A stretch of 64,000 bases of DNA from Nanobdellota archaeon (GTDB taxonomy: Archaea > Nanobdellota > Nanobdellia > Pacearchaeales > GW2011-AR1). The notes beneath the pieces were generated by a model. That model made no database searches. It was given only the letters and a program-made list of their open reading frames with translations, and had not been told where the DNA came from. Every line of letters begins with the position of its first letter. Position 1 is the stretch's first letter. The stretch is taken from positions 1 through 64,000 of the forward strand of contig JBBSXB010000008.1 of the NCBI GenBank assembly GCA_038046005.1. The letters run 5' to 3'. Position numbers and translations under genes: made by a program. Shown here piece by piece: positions 62,367 through 64,000 of the stretch.

Positions 62367-63917
62367 ATGAAAAGAGTGAAGATATTTTTGATTTTATTGC
62401 TACTTTGGCTTGGGGGAGTTGTGAGTGCGGCAAACTATTATGTTGATGTTAATTCTATTGGTGGAGCTTGCAGTGATTCTAATGCTGGAACTTCTTTAAC
62501 ACAACCATTTTGCACAACAACAAGGGGCGTTCAAGCGGCAATGCCCGGCGACCTCGTATACATCCGGGAAGGTGTGTATTACAATCCAAACTCTGATGGA
62601 ATCCTTCCAATCCGGGACGGAACCGCCGCAAATCCAATCACCTTCAAGGGATACCCTTTGGACAGCAAAAGGCCGATAATAAAAGGCGACATCAGCCATT
62701 CGCCGGTTTTTGTTGGAGGCTATAGTTACCTGATTTTCGACTCACTTGAACTGATCGAGGGAAGGCAGGGCGGGGTCGTGATTCCGGGCGCATCAACGGG
62801 AATAATCATTAGGAATAACGACATCCATAACAATTACATTGGATCCGACCTTACCGACAATACCGGCGGTATTGTGCTTTACGATTTCTCGGTTAGGACT
62901 TTGATTATAATCGAAAACAACACAATCCACGACAACGAGGGGCGCACGTTAAATAACGGAAACGGAATCCACATGTACCCTTGCGTTGACTGCATCATAA
63001 GGTATAATCACATATACAATGCGTCTGCTGGGATTTTCCTGAAATCCGCCCCTTTGAATGGGATCCAGATATACGGCAATGTGATTCATGATGTTGATAT
63101 CGGGATGCATTTTTATCGCGACCCTACCAACATCGATGTGCACGACAACCTTATTTACAATTTTAACTCGCAAGGATTGGGCAGGATGCAACAGCCTGGA
63201 AGCTCCCTTGCAACTAACCTGAGCTATTACCACAATACGGTGATTGGCATTGGGCAGGGAATTGAGTATTTTGAAGGCCAAGGCCTCAATACAAAAATAT
63301 TCAACAATGTTTTTTATTACGGGGGAACCGGCGGATGTGATACCGCGGGAACTTATGCCCGGACTTTCAACAACCGTGGCACAGATGCGATAACGAACTT
63401 CCAGGAGAACAACAATCTCTTTTACCACCCGACAGATAGCTGGTATTTTTGCTGGAATGGCCTAATCTACGATTTGGCCGGCTGGCGCAATTATTGGCAA
63501 ACGCAAAGCTCAAACAACGGCCAATATTCCATCGGCTCCAACCCGCTGTTTTACAACCCGAATAATTATGACTATCATCTTCAAAGTATTAGTCCAGGAA
63601 TTGATGCAGGAACTTTCATTCCAGGATTTCATTGCGCATTATCTGACAGCAATGGCGGGACATCTCTCACAAATTGCAGACACTGGAGTGGCTTAGCTCC
63701 TGACATTGGAGCTTATGAATTTGTCTCTGGAGCTACTTTTAACTCCCCCGACGTAAACTCCGATGGAAAAGTAAATGTCATTGATTTGGTTTTAGTCATA
63801 AGATGGCAGGGGAGAAATTCTGGGAATGTTGATTGGAATAATTACAGACATTTAGATGTTAATAATGACAACGTAACGAGTATGTTGGATGTCAATGCTG
63901 TTATGGTGAATATGTGA
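62367..63917 (+). CDS. secreted right-handed beta-helix (pectin lyase-like) protein with C-terminal dockerin-like domain
   Basis: Signal peptide VVSA/ANYYV, PGDLVYIREGVY, repeated I.NN.IH.N, DYHLQSISP.IDAG..PDIGAYE, DVNSDGKVNVIDL..DVNND. Confidence 0.88.
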   Translation: MKRVKIFLILLLLWLGGVVSAANYYVDVNSIGGACSDSNAGTSLTQPFCTTTRGVQAAMPGDLVYIREGVYYNPNSDGILPIRDGTAANPITFKGYPLDSKRPIIKGDISHSPVFVGGYSYLIFDSLELIEGRQGGVVIPGASTGIIIRNNDIHNNYIGSDLTDNTGGIVLYDFSVRTLIIIENNTIHDNEGRTLNNGNGIHMYPCVDCIIRYNHIYNASAGIFLKSAPLNGIQIYGNVIHDVDIGMHFYRDPTNIDVHDNLIYNFNSQGLGRMQQPGSSLATNLSYYHNTVIGIGQGIEYFEGQGLNTKIFNNVFYYGGTGGCDTAGTYARTFNNRGTDAITNFQENNNLFYHPTDSWYFCWNGLIYDLAGWRNYWQTQSSNNGQYSIGSNPLFYNPNNYDYHLQSISPGIDAGTFIPGFHCALSDSNGGTSLTNCRHWSGLAPDIGAYEFVSGATFNSPDVNSDGKVNVIDLVLVIRWQGRNSGNVDWNNYRHLDVNNDNVTSMLDVNAVMVNM

Positions 63918-64000
63918 ATAGGAATAAAAACATTTAAATAGCTGATGTATTATAAATAATACATATGTATAATAAAATAAACATAACAGAGAATAATTTG

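Noticed and set aside
764-63428. Many 60-160 aa ORFs antisense to or nested in recognised genes (e.g. 764-1087, 27532-27735, 36899-37258, 55182-55514, 62949-63428)
   Set aside because: Shadow frames of real genes or purine-rich DNA, with no motifs or promoters

Overview
AT-rich archaeal chromosomal segment, most consistent with a reduced DPANN genome (Pacearchaeota/Woesearchaeota-like; inferred from gene content and style, not from a search). Core information-processing genes (valS, pheS/pheT, aRF1, NAC, Sec61beta, Rpo11, TFS, RadB, NreA, TopA, PolB, FEN1, RFC-S/L, Cdc48, MAP, Trm5, RsmB/NOP, eS32/L41e, Rpp30-like, pyrG, acs) alternate with many short orphan genes, many of them apparently leaderless (TATA box starting about 29 nt before the ATG). 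There are four tRNAs: Lys-CTT, Glu-CTC (121-nt BHB intron), Gln-CTG and Thr-GGT. The window begins with a poly-C artefact and the 3' end of a DGR-type reverse transcriptase. I saw no CRISPR array, rRNA, integrase or transposase. The most notable unexplained signals are: (1) a promoter-linked array of four Gly-rich 6-9 aa micro-ORFs at 55247-55386 (MEGEGG, MGAGGGC, MGDDSDGAH, MGGDTGC); (2) an unannotated 44-aa, 8-Cys metallothionein-like ORF overlapping the valS stop; (3) a hairpin leader on tRNA-Thr that copies and can sequester the tRNA D-arm; (4) a long structured tRNA-Glu intron; (5) repeated short duplications at core-gene boundaries next to orphan genes. All family assignments come from motif recognition only.
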